Shown in pieces: positions 1-11,964 of a stretch of DNA of 64,000 bases. The DNA is taken from positions 108,190,001-108,254,000 of the forward strand of contig OZ024741.1 in the NCBI GenBank assembly GCA_964016885.1, written 5' to 3'. How positions within the stretch are numbered: position 1 is the stretch's first letter; the number at the start of each line of letters is the position of its first letter. A program made the position numbers and the translations under genes. The DNA comes from Eledone cirrhosa (lineage: Eukaryota). The notes under the pieces were generated by a model, which saw only the letters and a list, made by a program, of their open reading frames with translations, was not told the origin of the DNA and did no database searches.

Positions 1-452
1 TATTCTCTTCAACGTCGCCGTGAGCGCTACATTATCTGTATGATGTGGAAAATATTCCATCAGCTTAGCCCAAATGATGTTGGCATCACCTTTAGTGCAC
101 ACCCAAGGCTTGGGCCCCATGCTATCCGCCCACGACAAAAATCCCACTCGCATCACATAACAACAATACGGCACAATTATTTCACCTCAATTGGCCCTGC
201 AATCTTTAACATTACACCAAAACACATCAAAGCAGAGACAGACCCCATCAAGTTCAAGAAGTCTTTGATTAAATTCCTTCAAGAAATCCCCGATAAGCCT
301 CCTACACCTGGATATGCCCCCTTAAACAACAACCCTCTGCTCGAGTGGGCCATGGTGCGCAAACACTGATTTGTAAGACTTCGCCAGGTGGTGGTATTAA
401 GTTAGACATGGCTTGGGCCAATACTGGCCGAAACCTATCAAAGTTATCAAAG

Positions 453-453
<1 letters not shown>
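1..453 (+). mobile_element. 3' end of a non-LTR retrotransposon (clade not assigned)
   Basis: ORF 40-369 has LINE C-terminal motifs (IGPAIFN, FKKSLIKFLQEIPDKPPTPGY). The element ends in short TATCAAAGT tandem repeats next to (TA)n. Confidence 0.6.
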
Positions 454-534
<81 letters not shown>

Positions 535-728
535 TCAGGTTTGAGGTTCACCACTGTATAGAGCTGGTCTATTCCGTATGGTCAATCGTAATGCAATAAT
601 ATAGAGAGTACTCAACGTAAAGCAGTTCAACCGTCTTTGTTTTTGTAGTTGGTGGTGCTATTACGGAGTTAAATATTATAATGAAATGACAGGAGGCTGG
701 ATTTGTGTAAATCCTTGAAAGGTTTATT

Positions 729-786
729 ATACTATGATCATTTCAATGACCGGGTTCCGTATGAATCCGGTGATATCATCAGGTAT
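729..786 (-). ncRNA. Minimal type I hammerhead ribozyme
   Basis: Exact inverted copy of the 2338-2395 motif. Confidence 0.8.
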
Positions 787-2337
787 TCGAAATATAATAC
801 GTGAATGTAATAGGTAAAATCCATGGGGCTGAAAATCGAGACCCGAGGGCGACCGCTATTCTGTTCCTTCAACCTCAGCCGGTCGCCCTGGAGTGACGTG
901 GGTAAATTTTATAGTATGCTACTACCGGTCAGATGAACGAAAACAGAAAGAGATGGGAGCATAGGTTAACGTCGATCCCATGACACAAGGTAAAAGAAAG
1001 AAAGAAAGGAAGGAGAAGAAGGGGGAAGAAAGAAGAAGAGAAGTCAGGGTTAATGTCAGCTAAAAGAGGAAGGTAACTACTACTGGTCAGATATAGGCAA
1101 GCAAGAGGGGGAAGGAAGATAAGTCTGCGGGAGTAGGAGAGGAGAGAAGGAAGGGAAGAGAGAAGTAGAAAAGTAAGGGTTGATGGCTACAAGAAGGAAA
1201 ATAGAAAGGAAGAGGAAGAAAGGTCGATATTAATGTCAGACCACAGTCAAGCCAGGAGTGGCGCGAGAAAATTTTCACAGGGACCCGCATCTTAGCGGAG
1301 ATGAATATATTGGGAGTCAGTGTTTTACAGTGTTTAGACTTCTAGGATGAAGTTAAAAAAATTAATAATCAATATTCAATATTAAAGAGGTTAGAAAATT
1401 TAAAGTTCAACAGTTTAACAATTAATTATATAATAGTTCCGATTTGTTCTGTAATTTAAAGGTACTATTTGGCGGTTAAAACAACGGCCGGGCCCCATGG
1501 CGAATTAAGCCACGCCGAGTATTTTCATTTACTGAAAGAAGGGGAAATTTATTTTTGGAGTGCTTGGAAAAATAAATTTCCCCTTCTTTCAGTAAATGAA
1601 AATACTCGGCGTGGCTTAATTCGCCATGGGGCCCGGCCGTTGTTTTAACCGCCAAATAGTACCTTTAAATTACAGAACAAATCGGAACTATTATATAATT
1701 AATTGTTAAACCGTTGAACTTTAAATTTTCTAACCTCTTTAATATTGAATATTGATTATTAATTTTTTTAACTTCATCCTAGAAGTCTAAACACTGTAAA
1801 ACACTGACTCCCAATATATTCATCTCCGCTAAGATGCGGGTCCCTGTGAAAATTTTCTCGCGCCACTCCTGGCTTGACTGTGGTCTGACATTAATATCGA
1901 CCTTTCTTCCTCTTCCTTTCTATTTTCCTTCTTGTAGCCATCAACCCTTACTTTTCTACTTCTCTCTTCCCTTCCTTCTCTCCTCTCCTACTCCCGCAGA
2001 CTTATCTTCCTTCCCCCTCTTGCTTGCCTATATCTGACCAGTAGTAGTTACCTTCCTCTTTTAGCTGACATTAACCCTGACTTCTCTTCTTCTTTCTTCC
2101 CCCTTCTTCTCCTTCCTTTCTTTCTTTCTTTTACCTTGTGTCATGGGATCGACGTTAACCTATGCTCCCATCTCTTTCTGTTTTCGTTCATCTGACCGGT
2201 AGTAGCATACTATAACATTTACCCACGTCACTCCAGGGCGACCGGCTGAGGTTGAAGGAACAGAATAGCGGTCGCCCTCGGGTCTCGATTTTCAGCCCCA
2301 TGGATTTTACCTATTACATTCACGTATTATATTTCGA

Positions 2338-2395
2338 ATACCTGATGATATCACCGGATTCATACGGAACCCGGTCATTGAAATGATCATAGTAT
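2338..2395 (+). ncRNA. Minimal type I hammerhead ribozyme
   Basis: ATAC-CTGATGA-[ACCGG..CCGGT stem II]-GAA-ATGATCAT (palindromic stem III)-A-GTAT, followed directly by AATAAA. Confidence 0.8.
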
Positions 2396-2443
2396 AATAA
2401 ACCTTTCAAGGATTTACACAAATCCAGCCTCCTGTCATTTCAT

Positions 2444-2499
<56 letters not shown>

Positions 2500-2645
2500 A
2501 TATAATTAAAGGTTAAACAAGGTTCAATGAATAAATCAATGAATAAAGTTTCACAATAGATTAGAAGCACTCCACCAGATAATTTCTGGAGTTATAAATA
2601 TTACTTCAAAATATTAATAAATATAGACATTCATGTGATCAAATA

Positions 2646-2711
2646 TATTTTATTATACATATTTCAGAGGTACTGAGCTATTTCAACAGTACGTCCTCAC
2701 CAGATAAAATA
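2646..2711 (-). ncRNA. Hammerhead with mutated core (CTGGTGA)
   Basis: Inverted copy of 6348-6413 with A6G. Confidence 0.65.
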
Positions 2712-3089
2712 AGTTGATGCTTGACATACCTTGACTATGTTGATGGTTACAATTCAGTCATGGCAGTGAATTAGTTATGCGTATGAATTAGGGTGCGTAT
2801 GAGAATGTGTATAAAGATACATAATAATAAATAGTTAATACTATATAATATAAACCTACAAAAAAATTTAAATAATTTAAATAAAATAAGATATGGATAA
2901 CGCATTATTGCAGATAGAGGAAGTGAAAGATGGTGAGAGTAACTCATGAGGAAAGAGCGAATGACGAGTAAGATACATGATCATATGCAGGAAAGGCAAG
3001 AGAACTGACCAATGGATAGAGAGAAGAAGAAAGAAATAAGTTTAATAGTATAAACACAGGGAGGAAGACTTGTATTGTAAAGAAAGAAT

Positions 3090-4094
3090 TATAGAAAAGC
3101 CCCGGCCGAAGATCTAATAGACATCAATAATGACGCGTTTAAATTAATAACCAAACTTGGAATTGAAGGAAGAACCGAGCCTTTTATACCTAGACAGCCG
3201 AGGATAAATTTTAAGGATCACAAGAGAAACTTTGAGGAAGACTTGCCGGTTAGACTGATAGCTCCTTCTAAATCTGATATTGGAGTCATCAGTAAGAATA
3301 TTATTGATATAATTTTACCAACATTGAAATTGAAGTCAAAGTTGAGCTTATGGAAGGACACTAATGAAGTAATTGACTGGTTTAAAAATATAGAAAATAA
3401 GAAAAATCTCAAATTTATTCAAATGGACATAGCAAGTTACTATTCTTCTATTACGCCTAACCTCTTAAATAAGGCTTTGTCTTATGCTTACAAACATACA
3501 GATCTAACTACAGATGAAATTAATATCATATTAACTGCTAGAAGAACTCTAATTGATTTTAATAATGAGTATTAGACCCGACCAGATAGGAATAGAAATG
3601 TTGTCATTACCATGGGATCATCGGACTCTGCGCAGGCTACAGATCTTCTGGGTATTTTTATCCTCAATATGGTAAATAGAAAACTGCCGGAGATTACCGG
3701 TGGTTTATATAGGGACGATATTTTATTTACTGTAGTTAAGCATAGCAATACAGAACTAAATAGGGTTAAGAAAACAATAATAGAATTCTTTAAAAATTAC
3801 GACCTTAAATTAGAGGTTGAAAGTAGCACTAAAATAGTTAACTTCCTTGACGTCACCATTAACTTAAATTCAGGATTTTATTACCCCTTCCATAAGCCCA
3901 ATGAAAACTTAAATTACGTTAACTATTACTCTAATCACCCTAAATCCGTGAAAAATGCAATAGTCAATAGTGTCCAGAAACGCATAACTAGATTATCCGC
4001 TAATAAATCCATTTTTGATGAAAAAGCTGGATACTATAATGAGGCGCTACGTAAGGCAGCATATAAAAGTAATATCTGGATAATAATCATTTGA
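3090..4094 (+). pseudogene. PLE reverse transcriptase, disrupted
   Basis: Same-frame ORFs 3243-3575 and 3612-4094 separated by a TAG. Motifs PVRLIAPSKSDIG, FIQMDIASYYSSI, MGSSDSAQ, GLYRDD, NFLDV, YSNHP. Confidence 0.9.
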
Positions 4095-4534
4095 ATTACA
4101 CAATAGGTAAAAATAGACTAACATAAATAAACTAGATTCTAAAAATCATTTAAATATAAATAAAAACACCAATGCCGTGAATAAATCTGGGGAAAAAAAT
4201 CAAAACTAAATCTGTTATTTGGTTTGCACCTCCTGCCTATTTAGCAATCAGAACACCGCTGGCAAATTTATTCTTTAAAGCTTTAGATAAATGTTTTCCC
4301 AGAACACATAAGTACCGTTCCATATTCAATAGACACACAATTAAGCTATCTTATTCTACAACTATGAATATGGCCAGGAACATTGCAAAAATAAATAGTA
4401 GAATTCTTAATCATAACCAATAAACAATTAGGGATAATGACAATGTTAACAGTAACAATATTAATACTGGGAATAACAATAACATTATTTTAAACACTAT
4501 CAATAGAACACCTCCAAGTATTAGCAATGTTAAC

Positions 4535-5020
4535 GTGAACTGTTCAAATTATACTAATAACAATAAATCGAAATGTAATTGTAGAAATAGATCAAATTGC
4601 CCTCTGCAAAATAATTGTCTTGATAAAAATCTAGTTTATAAATGTACCGTTAAAGCAAATAACATCACATACAACTATATAGGTGCAACTTCGTCGACCT
4701 TTAAATTAAGATTTTCGAATCACAAATATTCATTTTCGAATCCTAATAGGAAATGTTCGACCTCTTTATCACAACTTATATGGTCGTTAAAAGACAACAA
4801 TTTAAAATACTCTATTTCTTGGTCCAAACTGTGTAATAGTCAAGTCTACTTGAATTCTTCAATATCACCTAACTGCAATCTTTGTACTATGGAGACCCTA
4901 TTAATAATTACTAATTATGATAAATTAATTAACCAAAAAAGTGAATTATTCTCAAATTGCTTACACAAAACTACATCTACATTTCAAGCCTCACAAAAAG
5001 TCAGGAAAACCATTGAATAA
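4535..5020 (+). pseudogene. PLE GIY-YIG endonuclease domain
   Basis: CNC..CPL..C, LVY..YIG, FKLRFSNH, CNLCTME, LINQKSE..CLH. Confidence 0.9.
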
Positions 5021-5639
5021 ATGTTTTGATTTTGACGTTTATTATCAACTAAGAGCGTAAAACGATACTATATCAGATTATAGATCTTTCTAATAATTTT
5101 ATTATTTATGATATGATTAATGTTAGATTAAGGGTTCTACCTAAACATATAAATTGTTAACATGATCTATTGCTGAGTATGCATATCATTTGATTGTTTA
5201 AATACATTTAATTTTGTATTTTTTGTATTTTTAAAACGTATAGCTTATATATTTGACACTTATATTGTATTTAGACTCATAAACCATTTATTTATTTTGA
5301 ATGTTTGTTTATGAATCAGGAAGATTGGTTTGTATATTTATAGTATAAAAGTCTCACATGATCCTAGGTGACTAATTTTTCCACTTAACTTGATGTGAAA
5401 TTTTAATTACACTATAATTTATAACACTATTAACAGTATTTATATTTATTATATTATATTATATATAACTGACTAATATCGTCTTAAACTTTAAACAGTA
5501 TACTCTATATATAAATTATACAAACGCGTATATCTGTGTTTAATAATCTTTCTCATGTTTGCAAACACTTTAAATATGATATTATACTATAATATAAATC
5601 CTTATAAATTTTATAGTCAGAAATCTTATGCCATTGGAT

Positions 5640-5870
5640 AATTGACTATTTCTAACTAACATAAGAATTCGAAAATAAACGGTCATCCAGCTATGCCCAG
5701 ATATATAAATATTTGATTAATTGACTATTTCTAATTAAATTATGAATTCAAAAATGAATTGTCATCCAGCTATGCCCAGATATATATTTGATATTTCATT
5801 AATTGACTATTTCTAATTAACTTAAGGATTCGAAAATAAACGGTCATCCAGCTATGCCCAGATATATATT
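5640..5870 (+). repeat. Three tandem ~80-bp repeats in the PLE 3' UTR
   Basis: ATTGACTATTTCTAA...GTCATCCAGCTATGCCCAGATATATA x3. Confidence 0.9.
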
Positions 5871-6347
5871 TATGTTTATATTTTTCCCTTCATCTAATTA
5901 TACGCTGTTTTTTCTTTACAATACAAGTCTTCCTCCCTGTATTTATACTATTAAACTTATTTCTTTCTTCTTCTCTCTATCCTTTGGTCAGTTCTCTTGC
6001 CTTTCCTGCATATGATCATGTATCTTTCTCGTCATTCTCTCTTTCCTCATGAGTTACTCCCTCCATCTTTCACTTCCTCTATCTGCAATAATACGTTATC
6101 CATATCTTATTTTATTTAAATTATTTAAATTTTTAACAGTTTTGTAGGTTTATATTATATTATATATTATATTAGCTATTTATTATTATGAATCTTTATA
6201 CACATTCTCATACGCACCCTCTGTATTATATGTAATGTTTTCATGTTTCAACTTAAGGTATATAAATATTGAGTTTTGACATAACTAATTCACTGCCATG
6301 ACTAAATTGTAACCATCAACATAGTCAAGGTATGTCAATCATCAACT

Positions 6348-6413
6348 TATTTTATCTGATGAGGACGTACTGTTGAAATAGCTCAGTACCTCTGAAATAT
6401 GTATAATAAAATA
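6348..6413 (+). ncRNA. Minimal type I hammerhead ribozyme
   Basis: TATTTTAT-CTGATGA-[GTACTG..CAGTAC]-GAA-ATATGTAT-A-ATAAAATA; 8-bp stem I. Confidence 0.8.
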
Positions 6414-6470
6414 TATTTGATCACATGGATGTCTATATTTATTAATATTTTTAAGTAATATATATATATG

Positions 6471-6511
<41 letters not shown>

Positions 6512-6518
<7 letters not shown>

Positions 6519-6710
6519 GTAATAAACAACATAAGGCAATTATTTCATTTACCAATGGTTTCTTAAAAGCAAACAAATTTTGCTTTCAATCATCAGAATG
6601 AAAAAATCCTGGTGTATTTTTTTCATTGTGATAATTGAAAGCAACATTTGTTTGCTTTTAAGAAACCACTTGTAAATGAAATAATTGCTTTATGTTGTTT
6701 ATTACATAAC
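6512..6710. repeat. ~200-bp imperfect hairpin (fold-back or MITE)
   Basis: ~95-bp inverted arms around a ~10-nt spacer near 6606-6616. Confidence 0.85.
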
Positions 6711-6774
6711 TATTACGCTCTGTTACCTACATAAAGCACTCTTTTTTCCTGGACCTTTCCGACGGAATTACTTC

Positions 6775-6876
<102 letters not shown>

Positions 6877-6882
6877 TATAAT

Positions 6883-6913
<31 letters not shown>

Positions 6914-7192
6914 TATATATATATAGCGGCGATGAATTAGTTTTGCGAGGTTTTTTATATGAAATCGTGTGTCGAAACAGATATTGTTATATTTGGGGAG
7001 GGTCATATTTGCGTAATATTGCCAGAATTAATAACAGAACACACTCACTGTTTGGTTGGTTTTCGCTTCTCGCTGTCTTTTATATATATATATCTGCGAT
7101 CTAACTTACTCGGTCCTCAATGTTGCCATTGACTGACCGGCGGTCAAAAATAATACAGATACAATATAGACAAACACATATATATATAGTTT

Positions 7193-7232
7193 ACATAAAT
7201 CTTTCGTTGCACATCTGCAACATCGTCAGTGG
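7193..7232 (-). ncRNA. Minimal hammerhead motif
   Basis: CTGACGA-T-GTTGC..GCAAC-GAA-AGATTT-A; stem I only ~2 bp. Confidence 0.6.
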
Positions 7233-7504
7233 TGTTATATTCATTGTTCCTCCTGTTGTGTTGTATGTCTACGCCATTTTTTTGTTCAGTCTGTCTATAT
7301 ATTTATTTATTTATTTATTTGCTTGTTTGTTTATCTTATTTTATTTTGTCTTCTTTGCGCATGCGTTTGCGTGTGTGTATAGTGTTATGTGTGATGTGTG
7401 ACTAGTGTGTATAGTGTTGTGTCTGCTGGGTGACTAGTGTGTGTTTATGTGCTTGTGTATGTATTTATTTATCTTATTTTATTTAATTTAATTTACTTAT
7501 TTAT

Positions 7505-9679
7505 TTATACTTCTCTTAGGTCAGTGTTGTTTGTTTGGGTGTTGTTGTTGTTCCACTCATTCTTTCTGTTTAGCTTTGGTCTTCTAATTTCTATTTCACT
7601 GGCCTCTCTGATTTGCCTATCTGCTGGGTCATTCCTATGTTTAGATATTATTCTAATTTCTATGTTGTCTATGTTACCGTCATGATGTTGTCTAGCATGT
7701 TCGTATAGTACTGACCCGTTTTTTCGTCCTTTTAGTTCCCCCCAGTGTTGGTCTATCCTTTCACCTATGCTACGAGCTGTCTCACCTATGTATGTTGTTG
7801 TCGTGTTTCTGCAAGTACCCTCTGTACATCTTATGCTATAGACTACGTTTCTAGTTTTACAGTTTATCCGGGGGTTCACCTTACATATGATACATTTCCT
7901 ATTGGTACAGTGGGTTTTCTTAAAAGGGTAGGTTTTGCTGATCAGGGATTTTATGGTGGTTCCTGGCTTTTCTACCACCTTTATTTTTAAGTGGGTCTTT
8001 CTCAGGGCCTTTCTACACTGGTTAGCTAATTTCCCTCCAGGGGTGGCGTCCACCAACATGACACTCTGATATCTCTGGTTGTCGTACCATGATGTGGCCT
8101 TCCCTATCTTATGTCTAGCCCTATCTAAGCTATTCCATGATTTGCTCCTGTATAGTGGGCAAATTCCTTTCATGTCCAGTTCTATGAGGGTCTTATACTT
8201 TTCCATGGCTCCTTCGTATACTCTGACTCTGTCTCTTTGGTTGTAGCCAGAGAACTGCATGCGGTTGATGAAGTGTTGGATGTGTCCTTCCATTTCTGTT
8301 GGGTCGCACATGCTGGACACATTCTTCATCACTCGTACCAAATCTGCGATCAGAATATTAAACTTAGCACTACTGGACATTGCTGAGTTTTTGAGTATCA
8401 GGTATTTGGAGGCCATGGGTTTAGCATAGTGTGAGTGGAGAATTTGGGCTCTCTCGTCTATAGTGTTAATCCAGAGTTCTGTGTCTAATACAGGTAGTCT
8501 ATTGTTAGGGTGTTTGGAAGGGAAGTCTATAGTTACAGTTATACTCTGGTGTATGGAATTAGCTCTCTGCTGGATGCTTTCCATCGTGCTACGTTCTAAA
8601 TCAAACTTGTTAGTGCTCTCTAGTGGGGGTGTTCTTATAACTATATTGATATCGTCTACATAACGAGAGTACATGATGAGGTCTATGGAGCTTTCATTAA
8701 GGAGATCTTTAAGTCTCCTTTCCCACCATACCATGAAAAGGTTGGCAACATCGCCAGCTATGCTGACGCCGATGGCTGCTCCCTCATTTTGGGTGTAGAT
8801 TTTCTCATTGAACTTAAATATGTGGCCCTTTAGGGTAGTTTTGATACTAGCCCCTATTGCATGTGCGACCATTTTTCTTACCTGATCAGTGTTTTGGGGG
8901 GTCCGTATAGCTTTGGTCCACCCAATCCACCTTCCTATGGGAGTCTTTTTAGCCATTGAGGTTATGGTGGGGGGTCTACCTCTTATAGGTCTACTAGGGC
9001 AGAAACATCTAAGGTCATGGCTGTCTAGGTAGTCAGTGTCGTAGGTAAGTCTAAGTAGGAGGCCCAGTTCGTCTGTGTCGACGTCGCAGAACTCCACCTC
9101 ACTCTCAATGATCATCTCCACACATCTTTTCACAGCAAAATCAATGTTAATGGATGGGTACAGTGACACCACATCCATACTGCCTATTATGCAGTTGGAT
9201 AGGCTCCTGTTTTTGTTGCACTCACTGATTCTGCTGAGGAGGTCCTCTGTACTTTCACATACATCTGGGGACATCTTGATTATGGGGCGTATAACCATTG
9301 AGAAGAAGTAGGAGATCCTGTAGTTGCTAGCTATATTAGCTCCGCATACAGGTCTTGTTGGTGGTCCTATTGTCGGGTCGTCGACTGTCTTGTGGTCTTT
9401 GCGGAGCCCATACAAGGGTGGTATGCCATTGTTAGACGCCTGGAAGTTGTTGGCAGTGCGTCTGCTTGGCTTTAGGATGTCAGTCCACATCATCATGTGA
9501 GCGTTGAGGATTTTTTCTCTCCCATCGTGTGTTAGTTGTGCAACTTCGCTCGTGTTGGTGATGTGGGGTTGCATTGCCTCGATGTAGTTCGGCATGCTAT
9601 CTATTGACATCCTACCAGACTTATCTGTGGGTAGACACACTACCTCACCATCCCTTGTGCGCTGCTTGAGGCTAACCAA
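7505..9679 (-). CDS. PLE RT + GIY-YIG polyprotein (5'-truncated, uninterrupted 724 aa)
   Basis: PTDKSG, RPVCG, SMDVVSLYPSI, EGAAIG, RYVDD, PVLD, VVYSIRC..YIGET..R..H. Confidence 0.92.
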   Translation of the reverse strand: MVSLKQRTRDGEVVCLPTDKSGRMSIDSMPNYIEAMQPHITNTSEVAQLTHDGREKILNAHMMMWTDILKPSRRTANNFQASNNGIPPLYGLRKDHKTVDDPTIGPPTRPVCGANIASNYRISYFFSMVIRPIIKMSPDVCESTEDLLSRISECNKNRSLSNCIIGSMDVVSLYPSINIDFAVKRCVEMIIESEVEFCDVDTDELGLLLRLTYDTDYLDSHDLRCFCPSRPIRGRPPTITSMAKKTPIGRWIGWTKAIRTPQNTDQVRKMVAHAIGASIKTTLKGHIFKFNEKIYTQNEGAAIGVSIAGDVANLFMVWWERRLKDLLNESSIDLIMYSRYVDDINIVIRTPPLESTNKFDLERSTMESIQQRANSIHQSITVTIDFPSKHPNNRLPVLDTELWINTIDERAQILHSHYAKPMASKYLILKNSAMSSSAKFNILIADLVRVMKNVSSMCDPTEMEGHIQHFINRMQFSGYNQRDRVRVYEGAMEKYKTLIELDMKGICPLYRSKSWNSLDRARHKIGKATSWYDNQRYQSVMLVDATPGGKLANQCRKALRKTHLKIKVVEKPGTTIKSLISKTYPFKKTHCTNRKCIICKVNPRINCKTRNVVYSIRCTEGTCRNTTTTYIGETARSIGERIDQHWGELKGRKNGSVLYEHARQHHDGNIDNIEIRIISKHRNDPADRQIREASEIEIRRPKLNRKNEWNNNNTQTNNTDLREV

Positions 9680-9736
9680 GTTATAAGAACACCCCCACTA
9701 GAGAGCACTAACAAGTTTGATTTAGAACGTAGCACG

Positions 9737-10816
9737 ATGGAAAGCATCCAGCAGATAGCTAATTCCATACACCAGAGTATAACTGTAACTATAGACTTCC
9801 CTTCCAAACACCCTAACAATAGACTACCTGTATTAGACACAGAACTCTGGATTAACACTATAGACGAGAGAGCCCAAATTCTCCACTCACACTATGCTAA
9901 ACCCATGGCCTCCAAATACCTGATACTCAAAAACTCAGCAATGTCCAGTAGTGCTAAGTTTAATATTCTGATCGCAGATTTGGTACGAGTGATGAAGAAT
10001 GTGTCCAGCATGTGCGACCCAACAGAAATGGAAGGACACATCCAACACTTCATCAACCGCATGCAGTTCTCTGGCTACAACCAAAGAGACAGAGTCAGAG
10101 TATACGAAGGAGCCATGGAAAAGTATAAGACCCTCATAGAACTGGACATGAAAGGAATTTGCCCACTATACAGGAGCAAATCATGGAATAGCTTAGATAG
10201 GGCTAGACATAAGATAGGGAAGGCCACATCATGGTACGACAACCAGAGATATCAGAGTGTCATGTTTGTGGACGCCACCCCTGGAGGGAAATTAGCTAAC
10301 CAGTGTAGAAAGGCCCTGAGAAAGACCCACTTAAAAATAAAGGTGGTAGAAAAGCCAGGAACCACCATAAAATCCCTGATCAGCAAAACCTACCCTTTTA
10401 AGAAAACCCACTGTACCAATAGGAAATGTATCATATGTAAGGTGAACCCCCGGATAAACTGTAAAACTAGAAACGTAGTCTATAGCATAAGATGTACAGA
10501 GGGTACTTGCAGAAACACGACAACAACATACATAGGTGAGACAGCTCGTAGCATAGGTGAAAGGATAGACCAACACTGGGGGGAACTAAAAGGACGAAAA
10601 AACGGGTCAGTACTATACGAACATGCTAGACAACATCATGACGGTAACATAGACAACATAGAAATTAGAATAATATCTAAACATAGGAATGACCCAGCAG
10701 ATAGGCAAATCAGAGAGGCCAGTGAAATAGAAATTAGAAGACCAAAGCTAAACAGAAAGAATGAGTGGAACAACAACAACACCCAAACAAACAACACTGA
10801 CCTAAGAGAAGTATAA
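9737..10816 (+). CDS. Inverted duplicate of the PLE thumb + GIY-YIG region
   Basis: Identical to the C-terminal 359 aa of 7505-9679 except R/I and L/F. Confidence 0.8.
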   Translation: MESIQQIANSIHQSITVTIDFPSKHPNNRLPVLDTELWINTIDERAQILHSHYAKPMASKYLILKNSAMSSSAKFNILIADLVRVMKNVSSMCDPTEMEGHIQHFINRMQFSGYNQRDRVRVYEGAMEKYKTLIELDMKGICPLYRSKSWNSLDRARHKIGKATSWYDNQRYQSVMFVDATPGGKLANQCRKALRKTHLKIKVVEKPGTTIKSLISKTYPFKKTHCTNRKCIICKVNPRINCKTRNVVYSIRCTEGTCRNTTTTYIGETARSIGERIDQHWGELKGRKNGSVLYEHARQHHDGNIDNIEIRIISKHRNDPADRQIREASEIEIRRPKLNRKNEWNNNNTQTNNTDLREV

Positions 10817-11088
10817 ATAAATAAGTAAATTAAATTAAATAAAATAAGATAAATAAATACATACACAAGCACATAAACACACACTAGTCACCCAGCAGAC
10901 ACAACACTATACACACTAGTCACACATCACACATAACACTATACACACACGCAAACGCATGCGCAAAGAAGACAAAATAAAATAAGATAAACAAACAAGC
11001 AAATAAATAAATAAATAAATATATAGACAGACTGAACAAAAAAATGGCGTAGACATACAACACAACAGGAGGAACAATGAATATAACA

Positions 11089-11128
11089 CCACTAACGATG
11101 TTGCAGATGTGCAACGAAAGATTTATGT
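11089..11128 (+). ncRNA. Hammerhead with G5A core (CTAACGA)
   Basis: Inverted copy of 7193-7232 with one core substitution. Confidence 0.55.
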
Positions 11129-11332
11129 AAACTATATATATATGTGTTTGTCTATATTGTATCTGTATTATTTTTGACCGCCGGTCAGTCAATGGCAACA
11201 TTGAGGACCGAGTAAGTTAGATCGCAGATATATATATATAAAAGACAGCGAGAAGCGAAAACCAACCAAACAGTGAGTGTGTTCTGTTATTAATTCTGGC
11301 AATATTACGCAAATATGACCCTCCCCAAATAT

Positions 11333-11412
<80 letters not shown>

Positions 11413-11964
11413 GTGTGTACGTAAGTATGTATAGTCTGTGTGTTTGTGTATTTGTGTTAATGTAATGTGCAGAGCTTATAATAGTGTATATGAGTTGAGC
11501 AGAAATATCTCGTAAAGCTAAACAGGGACCTACGAATACATGATTCAAGAAATCACCCCCTAAAAAATGATCTCCGAAAGCCGGAGATGTTGTGACTGGA
11601 ATATTCTTGTCCCACCTTGCAGGCTTTGTTCCTGTTTGTATATATCCTTTTATTATTGTTTCTTTCTGTTCAGGTGTGCGTTTGTGTTTAGGTGTATTGT
11701 TGGCTATTTGTGCGTATGTGCGTGTTGTGCGTGTGTGAGTGTTTCTTATTCATTTCTGAGTGTTTGTTTCCGTGTGTGTGTATTATACGATGTTTTTTAA
11801 TTTTATTTAGCTGTACTTTGCTGTTTCAAGTAAGACAAAAAGGTATTCGTGCTAGCCTAAACCTGTATCAGCTATGTATCAACGTTCTAATTTCAAATCA
11901 CATCAATGTTATCTCATATTTGCTTCCTTCGTGGGACTATATCACAAATCACATAGTTTCAAAT

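Larger units (their letters stand above)
531..2447. mobile_element. Fold-back PLE-type terminal repeat element with 880-bp inverted arms
   Basis: 677-1556 is the reverse complement of 1568-2447, with an 11-nt spacer (GGAGTGCTTGG) and 2 mismatches seen. Each arm has a hammerhead plus AATAAA. Flanked by (TA)n. Confidence 0.85.
2497..6460 (+). mobile_element. Penelope-like element, 5'-truncated, with inverted terminal arm
   Basis: RT and GIY-YIG remnants on +. About 2598-3085 is an inverted copy of about 5911-6460. Microsatellite flanks. Confidence 0.9.
6925..11340. mobile_element. Young PLE with 1.66-kb inverted arms
   Basis: 6981-8642 is the reverse complement of 9679-11340, with 3 mismatches seen. 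Both arms point outward. (TA)n on both sides. Confidence 0.95.

Noticed and set aside
1087-2037. Identical 67-aa ORFs on opposite strands
   Set aside because: A by-product of the palindrome over a CT-rich tract; no protein motif.
5640-5870. Regularly spaced repeats resembling a CRISPR array
   Set aside because: Contiguous tandem units without unique spacers, in a eukaryotic TE context with no cas genes.
6575-6600. CTGATGA-TT-GAAA on the minus strand
   Set aside because: No stem II or NUH/stem I, and not conserved in the other arm.
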